From NCBI GenBank assembly GCA_019429165.1, contig JAHYJJ010000001.1:1-45781 (forward strand): a DNA stretch of 45,781 bases, given 5' to 3'. Each line of letters begins with the position of its first letter. The stretch's first letter is position 1. A model generated the notes under the pieces. It saw nothing but the letters and a program-made list of their open reading frames with translations, searched no databases and had not been told where the DNA came from. The position numbers were made by a program, and so were the translations under genes. Shown in pieces: positions 17,292 to 26,258 of the stretch. The DNA is from Methanosarcinaceae archaeon. Its GTDB lineage: Archaea; Halobacteriota; Methanosarcinia; Methanosarcinales; Methanosarcinaceae.

Positions 17292-18308
17292 TTATAATTC
17301 CTTAACCCAGAACCCCTTTATTGTTGGTGAAAAAGCGTCAAATGTCGCTCCAGATGGGATTAAACTCACTATTAATTTTGTCGGTTCGCTTGTAAATGGT
17401 GTAAATTGACTTACGCTTGGAGCATTTCCACAATCTAACCACCCACTATCTTCTGTCGCATTAGTCAATTTATATTTAATAACACTATTAGTTTTGAAAT
17501 TATTAATAAATGGAACACCAATAACAGAACTACAAGTCCCTGATAGTTTTCCCGTTGGAATATTATGAGTTATTATCTTAGAAGCCCCAACATTACCATA
17601 TTTAAGTTCATATACATAATGAATGTGCCACATGGTTGTGGTAACACCATTTGTATACATAACAATTCTTATACCTTCAACAGTATCATCAACAGTGAAA
17701 TAAAATTCCTTTATGTTATGTCTTCCATAATTATCATAAGCATTAACTGTTTTAATTGTTGTCCAAGTTGATGATTTATATGTCTGAATATAATATGTCC
17801 CATAAGCATCCCCAGATGTCCACACACGAGCCTTAACAAATCCCACACCAATATATTTGCTTGCAAATGTCTTCCCCAAAGATGACTGATAAGGTTGTAC
17901 ATAAGGACCAGCATGTTCGGCATATGTTGCTAAATCATCGTCAAAAGCGTTCTCTGGGGTTGTATATGTGTTTGGGTTGTGTGTTGTGTCTCCCGTAATA
18001 GAAATAAAACCTGAACAATAAGAATCTGTTATAAAAGGTGCAGTTGTATTAGCAGTATCTACACTATTTTCTCGACCATTTGCGTTAATGTAAGCGTCTC
18101 CCCAACCATCAATATTTCCTGCACTCCAGACACCTACTCGGTCTATAAGACTCCGAATCGTGTTAAGACCATTAATTGCAAGACTTGATATTGTAAGACT
18201 TGCACCTGCACTAAAAGTATCGTTCAAGTCTGTTGGTTTAACCCTCGCAGTCGGTGTGCTCCAATCGGTCCCACCTAATGAAGTATTCTTTATACTCATA
18301 TTAATCAT
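17292..18308 (-). CDS. Tail fibre / receptor-binding protein candidate
   Basis: N-terminus NTSLGGTDWSTPTARVKPTDLNDTF is typical of phage fibre N-termini. The C-terminal half has a jelly-roll/discoidin-like pattern (YYIQTYKSSTWTTIKTV...VEGIRIVMYTNG). It is the last large gene of the tail module. Confidence 0.5.
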   Translation of the reverse strand: MINMSIKNTSLGGTDWSTPTARVKPTDLNDTFSAGASLTISSLAINGLNTIRSLIDRVGVWSAGNIDGWGDAYINANGRENSVDTANTTAPFITDSYCSGFISITGDTTHNPNTYTTPENAFDDDLATYAEHAGPYVQPYQSSLGKTFASKYIGVGFVKARVWTSGDAYGTYYIQTYKSSTWTTIKTVNAYDNYGRHNIKEFYFTVDDTVEGIRIVMYTNGVTTTMWHIHYVYELKYGNVGASKIITHNIPTGKLSGTCSSVIGVPFINNFKTNSVIKYKLTNATEDSGWLDCGNAPSVSQFTPFTSEPTKLIVSLIPSGATFDAFSPTIKGFWVKEL

Positions 18309-18368
18309 CTCTTTATTTCATTATATATATATATGTGTGAAATTACCCACCAATCTTTTATCCACCAC

Positions 18369-18379
18369 AAAAAAAAAAA
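18369..18379 (-). terminator. Oligo-T tract (T11 on the transcript) directly after a stop codon
   Basis: A11 on the plus strand, 1 nt from the TAG of 18381-18755. No preceding hairpin was seen, so function is uncertain. Confidence 0.3.
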
Positions 18380-18380
18380 C

Positions 18381-18755
18381 CTAAACATTTGTTACAGTTA
18401 TGGTTGTTCGAAGCCCGATAGATAACTCTTTTGACACATCTTTTGCGACTGCTGTTGACAATAATATTCTGTTGAACATATTTCCTGCACTTACTGCGTC
18501 AAACAATCCAACCTCTGCAATCGTTGAGCCGTTCCCCTCAGTCAGACCCAATGTTGATGAGAAGTCATAAGTTCCCGAACCTATGTTTTTTATTGCAACC
18601 TCGTCAAATATCTTTCGGATGATTGAAGTTTCAAGGTCAGTATCTGATATAACAGGCGTTGTAGTTCCTGTTCCGAAACCTATATGTGTCCCAGTATCAA
18701 ACTCACCCAGGCTTGCCATCTTAATCGCTGTCAATATCGCACTTGTTACTACCAT
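18381..18755 (-). CDS. Small tail/baseplate-associated protein
   Basis: 124-aa ORF inside the tail module. Position only. Confidence 0.4.
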   Translation of the reverse strand: MVVTSAILTAIKMASLGEFDTGTHIGFGTGTTTPVISDTDLETSIIRKIFDEVAIKNIGSGTYDFSSTLGLTEGNGSTIAEVGLFDAVSAGNMFNRILLSTAVAKDVSKELSIGLRTTITVTNV

Positions 18756-18767
18756 ATATAATCAACC

Positions 18768-20162
18768 CTATACCAAATAATCTGTTGTAAGCCCCGCTGG
18801 AATTGCACCATCATCGTAAGCAAGAGCGAAATCTTCATCTGCTCCTGTGTCTGAAATTAAATCTCCGTCAGTCGCAAGTGTGGTCTCAGATGCGAATAAT
18901 ATAGTTCCGTTATTTGTAACAGTTTGAAATTTTACAAAATCTATATTAACATTAACATTAACAGTAGTGTTCAGAAAATCATATACAGTTATGTATTCGG
19001 CGTTAGAGTTGGTATCTTCAAGTTGTTTAATTCGGTCTATGGTTTCCTTCTGCCAATCGAACAAATCCTCATCAGTCTCGCCAATATCAAGTATAAGTTT
19101 CTTAGGTAACTCCAGAATAACCTCTTGTATCTTATATAACCCAGTCTTATTGTTCTTCTCGTCAGTTACATATATCATATCATCTACATTATACAACCCA
19201 ATCTCAGAACTGTTTTTAATCCATTTCGCACTCTGAGAACCATCCTCAAACCGTGTCTTATATTCAATAGCCAACTTACGAGCTTCAAGCTTGGATTCTA
19301 TATATTTCTTCTCGAGCATTACAGTCTTCCCAGACCCTAACTCAACCCTAACCTGTGATTTGTATGTATATGACACGACTGGGTCGGTCTTGCTCGCGTT
19401 AAACGTGATACTTTTGTCTTGAATATTAACCGTATAATCCCCAGATATGTTTTCTGTTGTTTGTGTTAGTCCTGTAATCTCAACATTTTCGGGCGTGTAT
19501 GCTGTATGAAAATATGTTCCAGTTCCAGTCAATGTTTCGGTGGTTCTCTGGTCTATGACTGCACCCAATACTATAACCCTCTCAGACTTAAGCGCAATGT
19601 CGGTGTTCCAACCACCATCTAATTGGTCTTGTCCATACACTAAACTTCTTGTGCATGTCGTTCCTGCACTTAAACCCATATTGAAATTCTTAGACAGGTC
19701 TACAGTATATGTCCCACCGAATAACTCAAGTATCTGTGTCACAGCGTCAATCAACCAGGCATCTTTAAATACTATTTTTGATATGGTTATCCCAGTAACA
19801 ATGGTGCTCACATAAGTAAGACCTGTATATGTTGTGATAATGTTTTCAATGATCGCCTCTGGAGATACACCCTCGTATACATCGCTGAACCGTTCTTGAC
19901 CCAGTTCAACACTATAATCACCAACCTCAATTGTCTGAACTCCAGTATTATCAGTTATCTTCTGAATATACCCACCGAAGATTTGAACATTATCAAGGTC
20001 GTAATATAAAACCTCGTCGTTAAGCCCAGGTGTTGTGGTTTGTAAAACAGTAAATTTAAGCACGTTAGGTTTTCTTGAATCCTTCTTCTGAATCTTGGCA
20101 CCCCAACTAAGTGACTGGTCTACGTCTAATGTCCCACCCAGTCTATATTTAAGTGTAACCAT
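18768..20162 (-). CDS. Tail tip / baseplate hub-like protein
   Basis: 464 aa, second gene downstream of the tape measure, the usual position of the tail tip protein. Position only. Confidence 0.45.
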   Translation of the reverse strand: MVTLKYRLGGTLDVDQSLSWGAKIQKKDSRKPNVLKFTVLQTTTPGLNDEVLYYDLDNVQIFGGYIQKITDNTGVQTIEVGDYSVELGQERFSDVYEGVSPEAIIENIITTYTGLTYVSTIVTGITISKIVFKDAWLIDAVTQILELFGGTYTVDLSKNFNMGLSAGTTCTRSLVYGQDQLDGGWNTDIALKSERVIVLGAVIDQRTTETLTGTGTYFHTAYTPENVEITGLTQTTENISGDYTVNIQDKSITFNASKTDPVVSYTYKSQVRVELGSGKTVMLEKKYIESKLEARKLAIEYKTRFEDGSQSAKWIKNSSEIGLYNVDDMIYVTDEKNNKTGLYKIQEVILELPKKLILDIGETDEDLFDWQKETIDRIKQLEDTNSNAEYITVYDFLNTTVNVNVNIDFVKFQTVTNNGTILFASETTLATDGDLISDTGADEDFALAYDDGAIPAGLTTDYLV

Positions 20163-20608
20163 TACTGTGAACCTCCGCCGACTGAGAATGATATGTCGCC
20201 ACCTAGTGAGTTAGGTTTGTCTGCATTGAAATCTAGTCTGAACCCATCAAGTAACCCAACAATGTTAGATATGTTTGCAGCGCTCGAAGTTATACTTACC
20301 GTATATAAATCTTCAAGACCATCGGTTATTAGTGTGTTCAGTAGATATGTAACCTTTTCTTGAACAGTTTTGACTGTGCTTGTATGTGTACCATTTGAAG
20401 CATCACCGACCGTGAGTCGCAACATGAAAGGTATGCTTAAATTTTTTTCTCTTCCCAGGTTAATCACTATTGCTTTCTCCGCTGGTTGGTCTGGTAGGCT
20501 TTGTTTCAGTATTTTGGATGTCATGTTATATGTTGTGGTCTTACATTCCGCCTCTTGAAGTCTGAACACTTTACTGTTTTTGTTAGTTATTTCAATACTG
20601 TACACCAT
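20162..20608 (-). CDS. Distal tail protein candidate
   Basis: 148 aa, start and stop coupled to the tape measure and tip genes. Position only. Confidence 0.4.
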   Translation of the reverse strand: MVYSIEITNKNSKVFRLQEAECKTTTYNMTSKILKQSLPDQPAEKAIVINLGREKNLSIPFMLRLTVGDASNGTHTSTVKTVQEKVTYLLNTLITDGLEDLYTVSITSSAANISNIVGLLDGFRLDFNADKPNSLGGDISFSVGGGSQ

Positions 20609-21735
20609 CAGAACCCACCGCCCATGTTAACTTCTCGTAAAATAACCTTACCAATGTCTCTTGCGACATCATCTGTAATCAATCCACCGTTTATGGTCAC
20701 GGTAATATTTGCAGGCCCACCTGAACCACCACCCAGTGCTCCGGGGTTTTTAGTTGCGATGATATAATCAGCTGGATTAGTTCGTATAATATCACCATTT
20801 GGTGTGATTATGGCATCATTTACTTTGGAACTTCCACCACCACCACCGAAGCCAATTAAAGACTTAATCTTGTCACTTATCCAATTTCCTATATTTGAAA
20901 GAACAGACATTGAAGATATAAAAATTGATTTAAATGTGTCATATATCCAAGTGCCCAAACTCTTAAGACCTTCCCAAGAAGTTTCTAAGATACTAGTTAT
21001 ACTATCATATATCCAAGTGCCCAAACTCTTAAGACCTTCCCAAGATTTTGTGAGCATATCAAGGAAACCATTCCATATTGCTCCTAGGAAATTAACAACA
21101 TCTACAAGAACTGCTCCTAAACGATTAGTGAAATTTACCCATTTTTCAATTAAAAAAATTATAAATTTGTTTAAAGATTCAGAAAACCACACAACAAATT
21201 TCATAAATTCTTGTGATAAATATGCAAGAACCAAACCTAAGACTGCTACCAATCCAATTATTGTAGCAGTTCCAGCCCCTGCAAGTAAAGTCGGAAAAGC
21301 CAAAAACACACCAATAATCAATAAAATAGCTAGTGCAAGTCCAGAAATCAAAGATACAAAGACACCGAAAGGACTAACATCAATTTTCCCAGTCTCATCT
21401 CTACCGGCAGTTCCCTTAACTGATTCACTTCCACCCAACATTTTGTTTAAAAATTTGTATAATAATAATCCAACCTTAATAAACAAAATTAAGAAAGGTT
21501 TCAAAATAGGAAAAAGAGCCATAATAAGTAGGGAAGCAATAGCAGATAGTGGGTCAAATAACATCTTAACGCTTGACAAAAGAGAACCCAGGAGTGACCC
21601 TATAAGTCCGCCAGAGAATGCACCACCGCCAGACTTAACTTTATCGTCCTTACCCTTAGAGCCTCGGCTGAATGCTTTTCCAGCCTTAAGCGCCTCGCCA
21701 CTATCAAGGCCTATCTTCCAAATCATCTCAGCCAT
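20608..21735 (-). CDS. Tape measure protein (short, 375 aa)
   Basis: Several hydrophobic helices, Gly-rich tracts (GFGGGGGSS, GALGGGSGG), internal duplicated WEGLKSLGTWIYD. Lies downstream of the chaperone pair. Confidence 0.65.
   Translation of the reverse strand: MAEMIWKIGLDSGEALKAGKAFSRGSKGKDDKVKSGGGAFSGGLIGSLLGSLLSSVKMLFDPLSAIASLLIMALFPILKPFLILFIKVGLLLYKFLNKMLGGSESVKGTAGRDETGKIDVSPFGVFVSLISGLALAILLIIGVFLAFPTLLAGAGTATIIGLVAVLGLVLAYLSQEFMKFVVWFSESLNKFIIFLIEKWVNFTNRLGAVLVDVVNFLGAIWNGFLDMLTKSWEGLKSLGTWIYDSITSILETSWEGLKSLGTWIYDTFKSIFISSMSVLSNIGNWISDKIKSLIGFGGGGGSSKVNDAIITPNGDIIRTNPADYIIATKNPGALGGGSGGPANITVTINGGLITDDVARDIGKVILREVNMGGGF
20939..21045. repeat. Tandem duplication inside the tape measure gene (41 nt exact, 66-bp period)
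   Basis: tcatatatccaagtgcccaaactcttaagaccttcccaaga occurs at 20939-20979 and 21005-21045. Confidence 0.9.
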
Positions 21736-21754
21736 ATTGTTGTACCTTTATATT

Positions 21755-21976
21755 TTATTTCGAGCCCAGCATCCTACCCAGCGCCTTAAATCGTTCTTCC
21801 TCTTCAATCGCTCTTCGTCGCATACCATAATATTCTATACCGTTTACAATGTCAACGTCCACATCATCCAGGCCGATATTAAACCCCAATAATAACAGAT
21901 TGGAATATTTCATCACTTGTTGTGCCTGTGGAGTAATCTTAGTTATTGTCTTGGGAGTCTTGAGTATTGCTCGCAA
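21755..21976 (-). CDS. T-like extension of the tail assembly chaperone (reached by -1 frameshift)
   Basis: It lies in the -1 frame relative to 21985-22293, and that frame is open from the slip site onward. It has no good independent ATG/SD at the track start (TTG). Confidence 0.45.
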   Translation of the reverse strand: MRAILKTPKTITKITPQAQQVMKYSNLLLLGFNIGLDDVDVDIVNGIEYYGMRRRAIEEEERFKALGRMLGSK

Positions 21977-21984
21977 CTCCCTGT

Positions 21985-22293
21985 TCAGTTTGGGTCTCCA
22001 GCTCCACCCAGGCTACCCATGACATCCTTTTCAAAATACTTTTTATATATTCTTGTTGCGTCAGCACCCTCAAGTTTGTCAAGATCTATCCCCTTGACAG
22101 TCTCCAGGCACGTTTCAATCATACCCAGGACGTCAATGTCCCCTCGGATGGATACGCTCCCATCCTTACCGAAACTTAAATCATTAATCGGGATGTGTTT
22201 CTTAGCAACCTGGTTGGCTCTCCTGAACCCCAGCCTGGACACTTCAACATCAACAGTCGTTCCGTCTATGTATTTAACTATCTCTTTCACCAT
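21985..22293 (-). CDS. Tail assembly chaperone (G-like)
   Basis: 102 aa, between the major tail protein and the tape measure. Ends at the slippery heptamer. Confidence 0.5.
   Translation of the reverse strand: MVKEIVKYIDGTTVDVEVSRLGFRRANQVAKKHIPINDLSFGKDGSVSIRGDIDVLGMIETCLETVKGIDLDKLEGADATRIYKKYFEKDVMGSLGGAGDPN
21988..21994 (-). other. Candidate programmed -1 ribosomal frameshift site C_CCA_AAC
   Basis: Minus-strand gaC CCA AAC tga: an X_XXY_YYZ heptamer immediately before the stop of the 102-aa ORF. The -1 frame reads on into 21755-21976. Sits between the tube and tape measure genes. Confidence 0.55.
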
Positions 22294-23198
22294 TATAAAT
22301 CACCAACCACAGTAACATCCAGAGCCTCATAATCGTAGGATATTGCCTTTTTTGTGGTATCCATAGTCATATCCATAGACCTTGCGAAACTTCTAGTATT
22401 TGCAAGTGTGAATATATGTGAGTTGTCTGTTCCCCTAGACATAGTAACTGTTATCGCTTCATCAGCTCTATCTTCCGTATATCCAAACTCTTGAGTGTCG
22501 TTCACTTCAACCTCGTATGAACCATTTATATCAAGTCTGTGCCGTAATACAGTTGTGATAAGTCTGCGACTTCCAGCACCAACTGCTTCAATACCTCTAC
22601 CCTCATTATCGGTCACGTTCCAGTTACCAGACAAATTGAAACTGTTTAGTACAGATGGAACTTCACCAATCGTAATTGATGTGTCAAGCCAGGACATAGG
22701 AGTGCCCGTGTTTGTAGTCACACTTAACGTTTCTGTTACTTTTGACATTTTTTTTGCAATACAATTAAGTGTCATACTGATACTTTCATCCTTAGATGCG
22801 CTTATATCAAAATCTTTAACAACCAGACCGTTTAAAAGCCCAATCTTAGTCCCTTGATAGAAGAATTTTAGGGATAATGATTGTATTGTTGGGTCACTTG
22901 TGACCGTATAATCCACGGCATCATCCCTTGCTCCAAGTGCTAGTTTAAGTAAGACAGGTAAACTTGCCTTACTTACTTTAGTCTCAATCGTGACATTAGC
23001 CCAATATAAACCGTCCTCAAACATTGCATTTAAATGCCCAGCGTTTAAACTGGTTAACTTTTCTGTATTGTCTTCTTCCTTAACAGTTATTTTTTGAATG
23101 TGACCTAAGTCAACAGCTGTAAAAGGAGTTGGACTTGTTCCATAAGCAGTCTCTATTGCCCCAATATATTTATTACCTACATTACTAATACATACCAT
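22293..23198 (-). CDS. Major tail (tube) protein candidate
   Basis: 301 aa, directly upstream of the chaperone pair. Position only. Confidence 0.45.
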   Translation of the reverse strand: MVCISNVGNKYIGAIETAYGTSPTPFTAVDLGHIQKITVKEEDNTEKLTSLNAGHLNAMFEDGLYWANVTIETKVSKASLPVLLKLALGARDDAVDYTVTSDPTIQSLSLKFFYQGTKIGLLNGLVVKDFDISASKDESISMTLNCIAKKMSKVTETLSVTTNTGTPMSWLDTSITIGEVPSVLNSFNLSGNWNVTDNEGRGIEAVGAGSRRLITTVLRHRLDINGSYEVEVNDTQEFGYTEDRADEAITVTMSRGTDNSHIFTLANTRSFARSMDMTMDTTKKAISYDYEALDVTVVGDL

Positions 23199-23218
23199 AC
23201 AATCACCCTATATTATTA

Positions 23219-23731
23219 TTATGCTGTCATGCTCCGACAGTAATCTATCAACCTTACTTTTATAACATATCTAAAAATACCCCGGAAACCATTTGATAAA
23301 TCTGTTATTTCTATGTTTGGGTCTATCACATCAAAGTTAGCGTCTGGATTGACAATCTTGGTCGCCAGGACACGTCTAACCTCAACCAACACCTTGCGAG
23401 CGTGTGTGTCTACAATCTTGGTGGCCTGGGTGGTATTGCTCGGTTTGACCCGAATATCAATCTTGACAATTTCTGTAATCTGAGAGTTTGAATTTTGTCC
23501 GATACCCACAGACCCCTGGGTCGTGAGCTCGGAATATACGTAAATATAATCCTGACCAGGCGCTGGTTCTTTATCGGTCGGTTTGGTGTATATCTTAGCA
23601 ATGGTTGGTGTTATAGAATCAGCGTTTGTTTTAGTATAATTAGAACTAAGTAATGTTACAATGTTATCCAGGACATTTATATCTGTTACCATACTTATCA
23701 ATCTCGCAAAACCAATCAAGGTCTTAAACAT
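23219..23731 (-). CDS. Tail terminator / head-tail joining candidate
   Basis: 170-aa ORF between the connector and tube genes. Position only. Confidence 0.35.
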   Translation of the reverse strand: MFKTLIGFARLISMVTDINVLDNIVTLLSSNYTKTNADSITPTIAKIYTKPTDKEPAPGQDYIYVYSELTTQGSVGIGQNSNSQITEIVKIDIRVKPSNTTQATKIVDTHARKVLVEVRRVLATKIVNPDANFDVIDPNIEITDLSNGFRGIFRYVIKVRLIDYCRSMTA

Positions 23732-23745
23732 ACATACAAATGCGA

Positions 23746-24360
23746 CTATTGAAATTCTGTATTATTATCTAATATATTTTTAATTTCATCTTTCCATAAA
23801 TTCTTTGTAGAATCCCAGTTAGGTTTGGACTCACCAACTTGCGTAAATAGTACCGTGCTGAACTCTGGGCTGTTAAGTATTTTGAGTGCAACCATCATAG
23901 TGGCACAATCTTCAACACCACCAGATACCGTAGTCTCACCGAACACATAAGTCACTCTGACACCGTGTGGGTATAATCGCCGTACACCATTTAAAAATAT
24001 AACACCGTTCTGTTTGTCCACCCAATAATCATATGCTCGACCCTCAACTTTATCAACCACCCAGTCAACCCACACACCATCCTGCCAAATTTCAATATTG
24101 GTTATGCTCTGGACACTTCGGTGGACTAGGTCAATCCGAATACCTGCACCAGACCGAAAAACTGATGTAGGTCTTGAATATTCCTTGGTTACGGTCTTGG
24201 CTTTCCAGGAATGGCTTGTAGTGCTATCAATCCTATCCTCAGCCCTATTTATGAGCCCCTCTATTACGGTTGCCGTAGGTGTACTGTTGGTATCAAAGTA
24301 ACCATCTGGAAACCCCAGCATGTTCGCTACTTTGTTGGTTGTTGTATAAGTTACTACCAT
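23746..24360 (-). CDS. Head-tail connector candidate
   Basis: 204 aa. N-terminus (YTTTNKVANMLGFPDGYFD...EGLINRAEDRID) resembles gp6-like head-tail connector N-termini. Preceded by late motif copy 2. Confidence 0.4.
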   Translation of the reverse strand: MVVTYTTTNKVANMLGFPDGYFDTNSTPTATVIEGLINRAEDRIDSTTSHSWKAKTVTKEYSRPTSVFRSGAGIRIDLVHRSVQSITNIEIWQDGVWVDWVVDKVEGRAYDYWVDKQNGVIFLNGVRRLYPHGVRVTYVFGETTVSGGVEDCATMMVALKILNSPEFSTVLFTQVGESKPNWDSTKNLWKDEIKNILDNNTEFQ

Positions 24361-24382
24361 AAATAAGAATACACCTTTTGTT

Positions 24383-24397
24383 CTTATATATGTAACT
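24383..24397 (-). promoter_or_regulatory. Conserved late motif, copy 2; 30 nt from TATATAAG to the ATG at 24360
   Basis: Exact cttatatatgtaact. AAAGGTG lies between the motif and the ATG. Confidence 0.45.
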
Positions 24398-24450
24398 GAA
24401 AATTAGAAATAGGTGATGCGCAGAAAACCACACACCACAATTAAAATATA

Positions 24451-24717
24451 TTAATAACCCATTGCTACAAACACACCAGACTTATCTGCTGTCGTTACAA
24501 TAGTTATTGCTCCACCTGCGACTGGGAATGTTTCATTTATAACTGGTTCATTTAGGTCAACTGCTGAACCAGTACCCTGCAATATACAACCTGTGCAGTT
24601 TGTCAGACCAGTTAAGATGTCTCCACCTGTTCCACCTGCGGAACTAGTGTAAGTTCCTGTTACTATCTTTTTATCTCCGAAATATGTTTGTCCTGTTATT
24701 GTATATGTAAATGCCAT
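24451..24717 (-). CDS. Small Gly/Thr-rich protein (possible capsid accessory)
   Basis: 88 aa. Composition and size resemble 34048-34296 and 34339-34584, which follow the unit B MCP. Confidence 0.45.
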   Translation of the reverse strand: MAFTYTITGQTYFGDKKIVTGTYTSSAGGTGGDILTGLTNCTGCILQGTGSAVDLNEPVINETFPVAGGAITIVTTADKSGVFVAMGY

Positions 24718-24719
24718 AA

Positions 24720-24926
24720 TTAATTCACCTCAATGAAACCTAATTCTTTTTTAAGAAATTCAACTGCTCCGTCCATTTCCTTATCCATACTGAAATAATA
24801 TCCAGATTTAGGAACTGTGACCGCTTCAACACCGTTGATGTAATACACAACTTCATCTGCCGTCTGTTTAGGATTTTTAAGTAACCTAAACTTCTTATCT
24901 TTTATCTTATCTATAATATTACTCAT
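24720..24926 (-). CDS. Hypothetical protein
   Basis: 68 aa. ATG overlaps the upstream stop (ATGA). GGTGAT lies 3 nt upstream. Confidence 0.45.
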   Translation of the reverse strand: MSNIIDKIKDKKFRLLKNPKQTADEVVYYINGVEAVTVPKSGYYFSMDKEMDGAVEFLKKELGFIEVN

Positions 24927-25138
24927 AATATCACCATTTTTTTTTTTTTTTTGGGTGAATCACCATATTTTAAAAATAATTTTTCAACTACATCATTTCT
25001 ATATGGTAAATGTTTTTTATTTTGTATAGAGTTTATTAAAATATCTCTTGTTGGAAATTGGCTTATTATATCTTTGCTTGTTTTTTTAGATATACCCTTT
25101 GTAGTTTCTAATTCTGTAACAAAATCCATATTAAACAC
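24923..25138 (-). CDS. Small HhH-like protein ending in a poly-Lys tract
   Basis: LETTKGISKKTSKDIISQF resembles a helix-hairpin-helix. The C-terminal KKKKK is encoded by an A16 run. Confidence 0.45.
   Translation of the reverse strand: MFNMDFVTELETTKGISKKTSKDIISQFPTRDILINSIQNKKHLPYRNDVVEKLFLKYGDSPKKKKKMVIL
24937..24952. repeat. 16-nt homopolymer (T16 on plus, A16 in the mRNA) inside coding sequence
   Basis: Counted directly. Lies 10 nt upstream of the next ORF start. Confidence 0.95.
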
Positions 25139-25140
25139 CC

Positions 25141-25179
25141 AATAAAAAAAAGAAAATAAAAAGACCTTATAAAAGGTCT
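25141..25179 (-). terminator. Hairpin plus T-rich tract after the unit A major capsid gene
   Basis: Minus strand: agacctt-ttat-aaggtct (7-bp stem with the MCP stop codon in the loop), followed by ttttattttcttttttttatt. Confidence 0.55.
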
Positions 25180-26258
25180 CTTATCTTTCCCTGAGCATTG
25201 AACCTGTTACAGACAAGCTCGCCAGCCATGTAGTACATACCCTCTTTACCTAACTTACCAGCCTCAAAGAAGTTGGAAGTTTCAAAGTATTGTACTGGTT
25301 GTTTAACGCCTATATGTATATATTCTGTGTTTAGGAAGTAAATTCGGCTCTTTGTGTCTTTTGTAACATCTTTATCTCGTATGACAGGAATGCCATCAAA
25401 GGATGCAACTCGTAGACCAACATCGTTCCCTGCCGCTGTCTGAATACCACCATCGCCAACTGATATGTTAACTCGTTCGTTTACATATCGTGTCTGAGTG
25501 TTAACCAGAGCATCTAGGTCTCGTGCAGTGTCAAACCCTGTTATGATAACATTTGGTCTTGCGCCTGAGTTTTCTTCAATAGAATCTATTGCAGTCCTAA
25601 CCAATGCTTCTGTTATAGCTCGGTCTACACCACTTGCATGTGAAACGTAAGCGTCGTAAGCTGTGGATGCACTTCGGTCAAAACCATATATGTCAGCATC
25701 TCCTGCTGTCAATAAAGCTGATTCCTCAGATTGCCCAGAACATACTCGGTCTATGGACTCAATGTTATTTCCTGCGACTGTATCTGCATCACCGTGCAAC
25801 ATTTTGTTTATATGGTTTGCGAACTCTTTCGCCATATATTGTTTTACATGGTCGAAACCGATAGTGTCGTCGTTACCATCATCTAAAAGCTGTTGTCGGT
25901 TTGACATATCAAAAGTCTTACTAACTTCTTTCAATGATATTGCTGCAAGCGCCCAGGTTGGTTTAACTGTTTCTGGAAGTGCTGCATTTTCTGCCACGCC
26001 ACCAGTTCCCAGTGTGCTAGACCTTGCTGTGATAACTCTGAACCCTGTGTTTGCAAGTGGTTTCTTAGGTAGAACGCCCCAAGTTCGTGCCTCGTTATTA
26101 AGTAATTCCCAGACCGCTTCACCGTATACACGGTTATATACACCAGTAGTTGAACTTATCACAGGTGCGTCTGCTTTCATTACAGCCTGTGCGATGTCAC
26201 TATCTATGCTGCCATAATATGCTTCTTTCATATCTTCTATTGTGTTGAATTTAACCAT
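25167..26258 (-). CDS. Major capsid protein, HK97 fold (unit A)
   Basis: 363 aa, directly after the protease-scaffold gene (TAA-ATG abutting). Its length, its position and the C-terminal segment SRIYFLNTEYIHIGVKQPVQYFE are typical of HK97-like MCPs. Confidence 0.8.
   Translation of the reverse strand: MVKFNTIEDMKEAYYGSIDSDIAQAVMKADAPVISSTTGVYNRVYGEAVWELLNNEARTWGVLPKKPLANTGFRVITARSSTLGTGGVAENAALPETVKPTWALAAISLKEVSKTFDMSNRQQLLDDGNDDTIGFDHVKQYMAKEFANHINKMLHGDADTVAGNNIESIDRVCSGQSEESALLTAGDADIYGFDRSASTAYDAYVSHASGVDRAITEALVRTAIDSIEENSGARPNVIITGFDTARDLDALVNTQTRYVNERVNISVGDGGIQTAAGNDVGLRVASFDGIPVIRDKDVTKDTKSRIYFLNTEYIHIGVKQPVQYFETSNFFEAGKLGKEGMYYMAGELVCNRFNAQGKIRDLL

Noticed and set aside
20804-21892. 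362-aa plus-strand ORF
   Set aside because: It is antisense to the tape measure gene, has low-complexity Pro/Ser/Ile-rich content and no SD. The minus-strand gene is supported by operon context.
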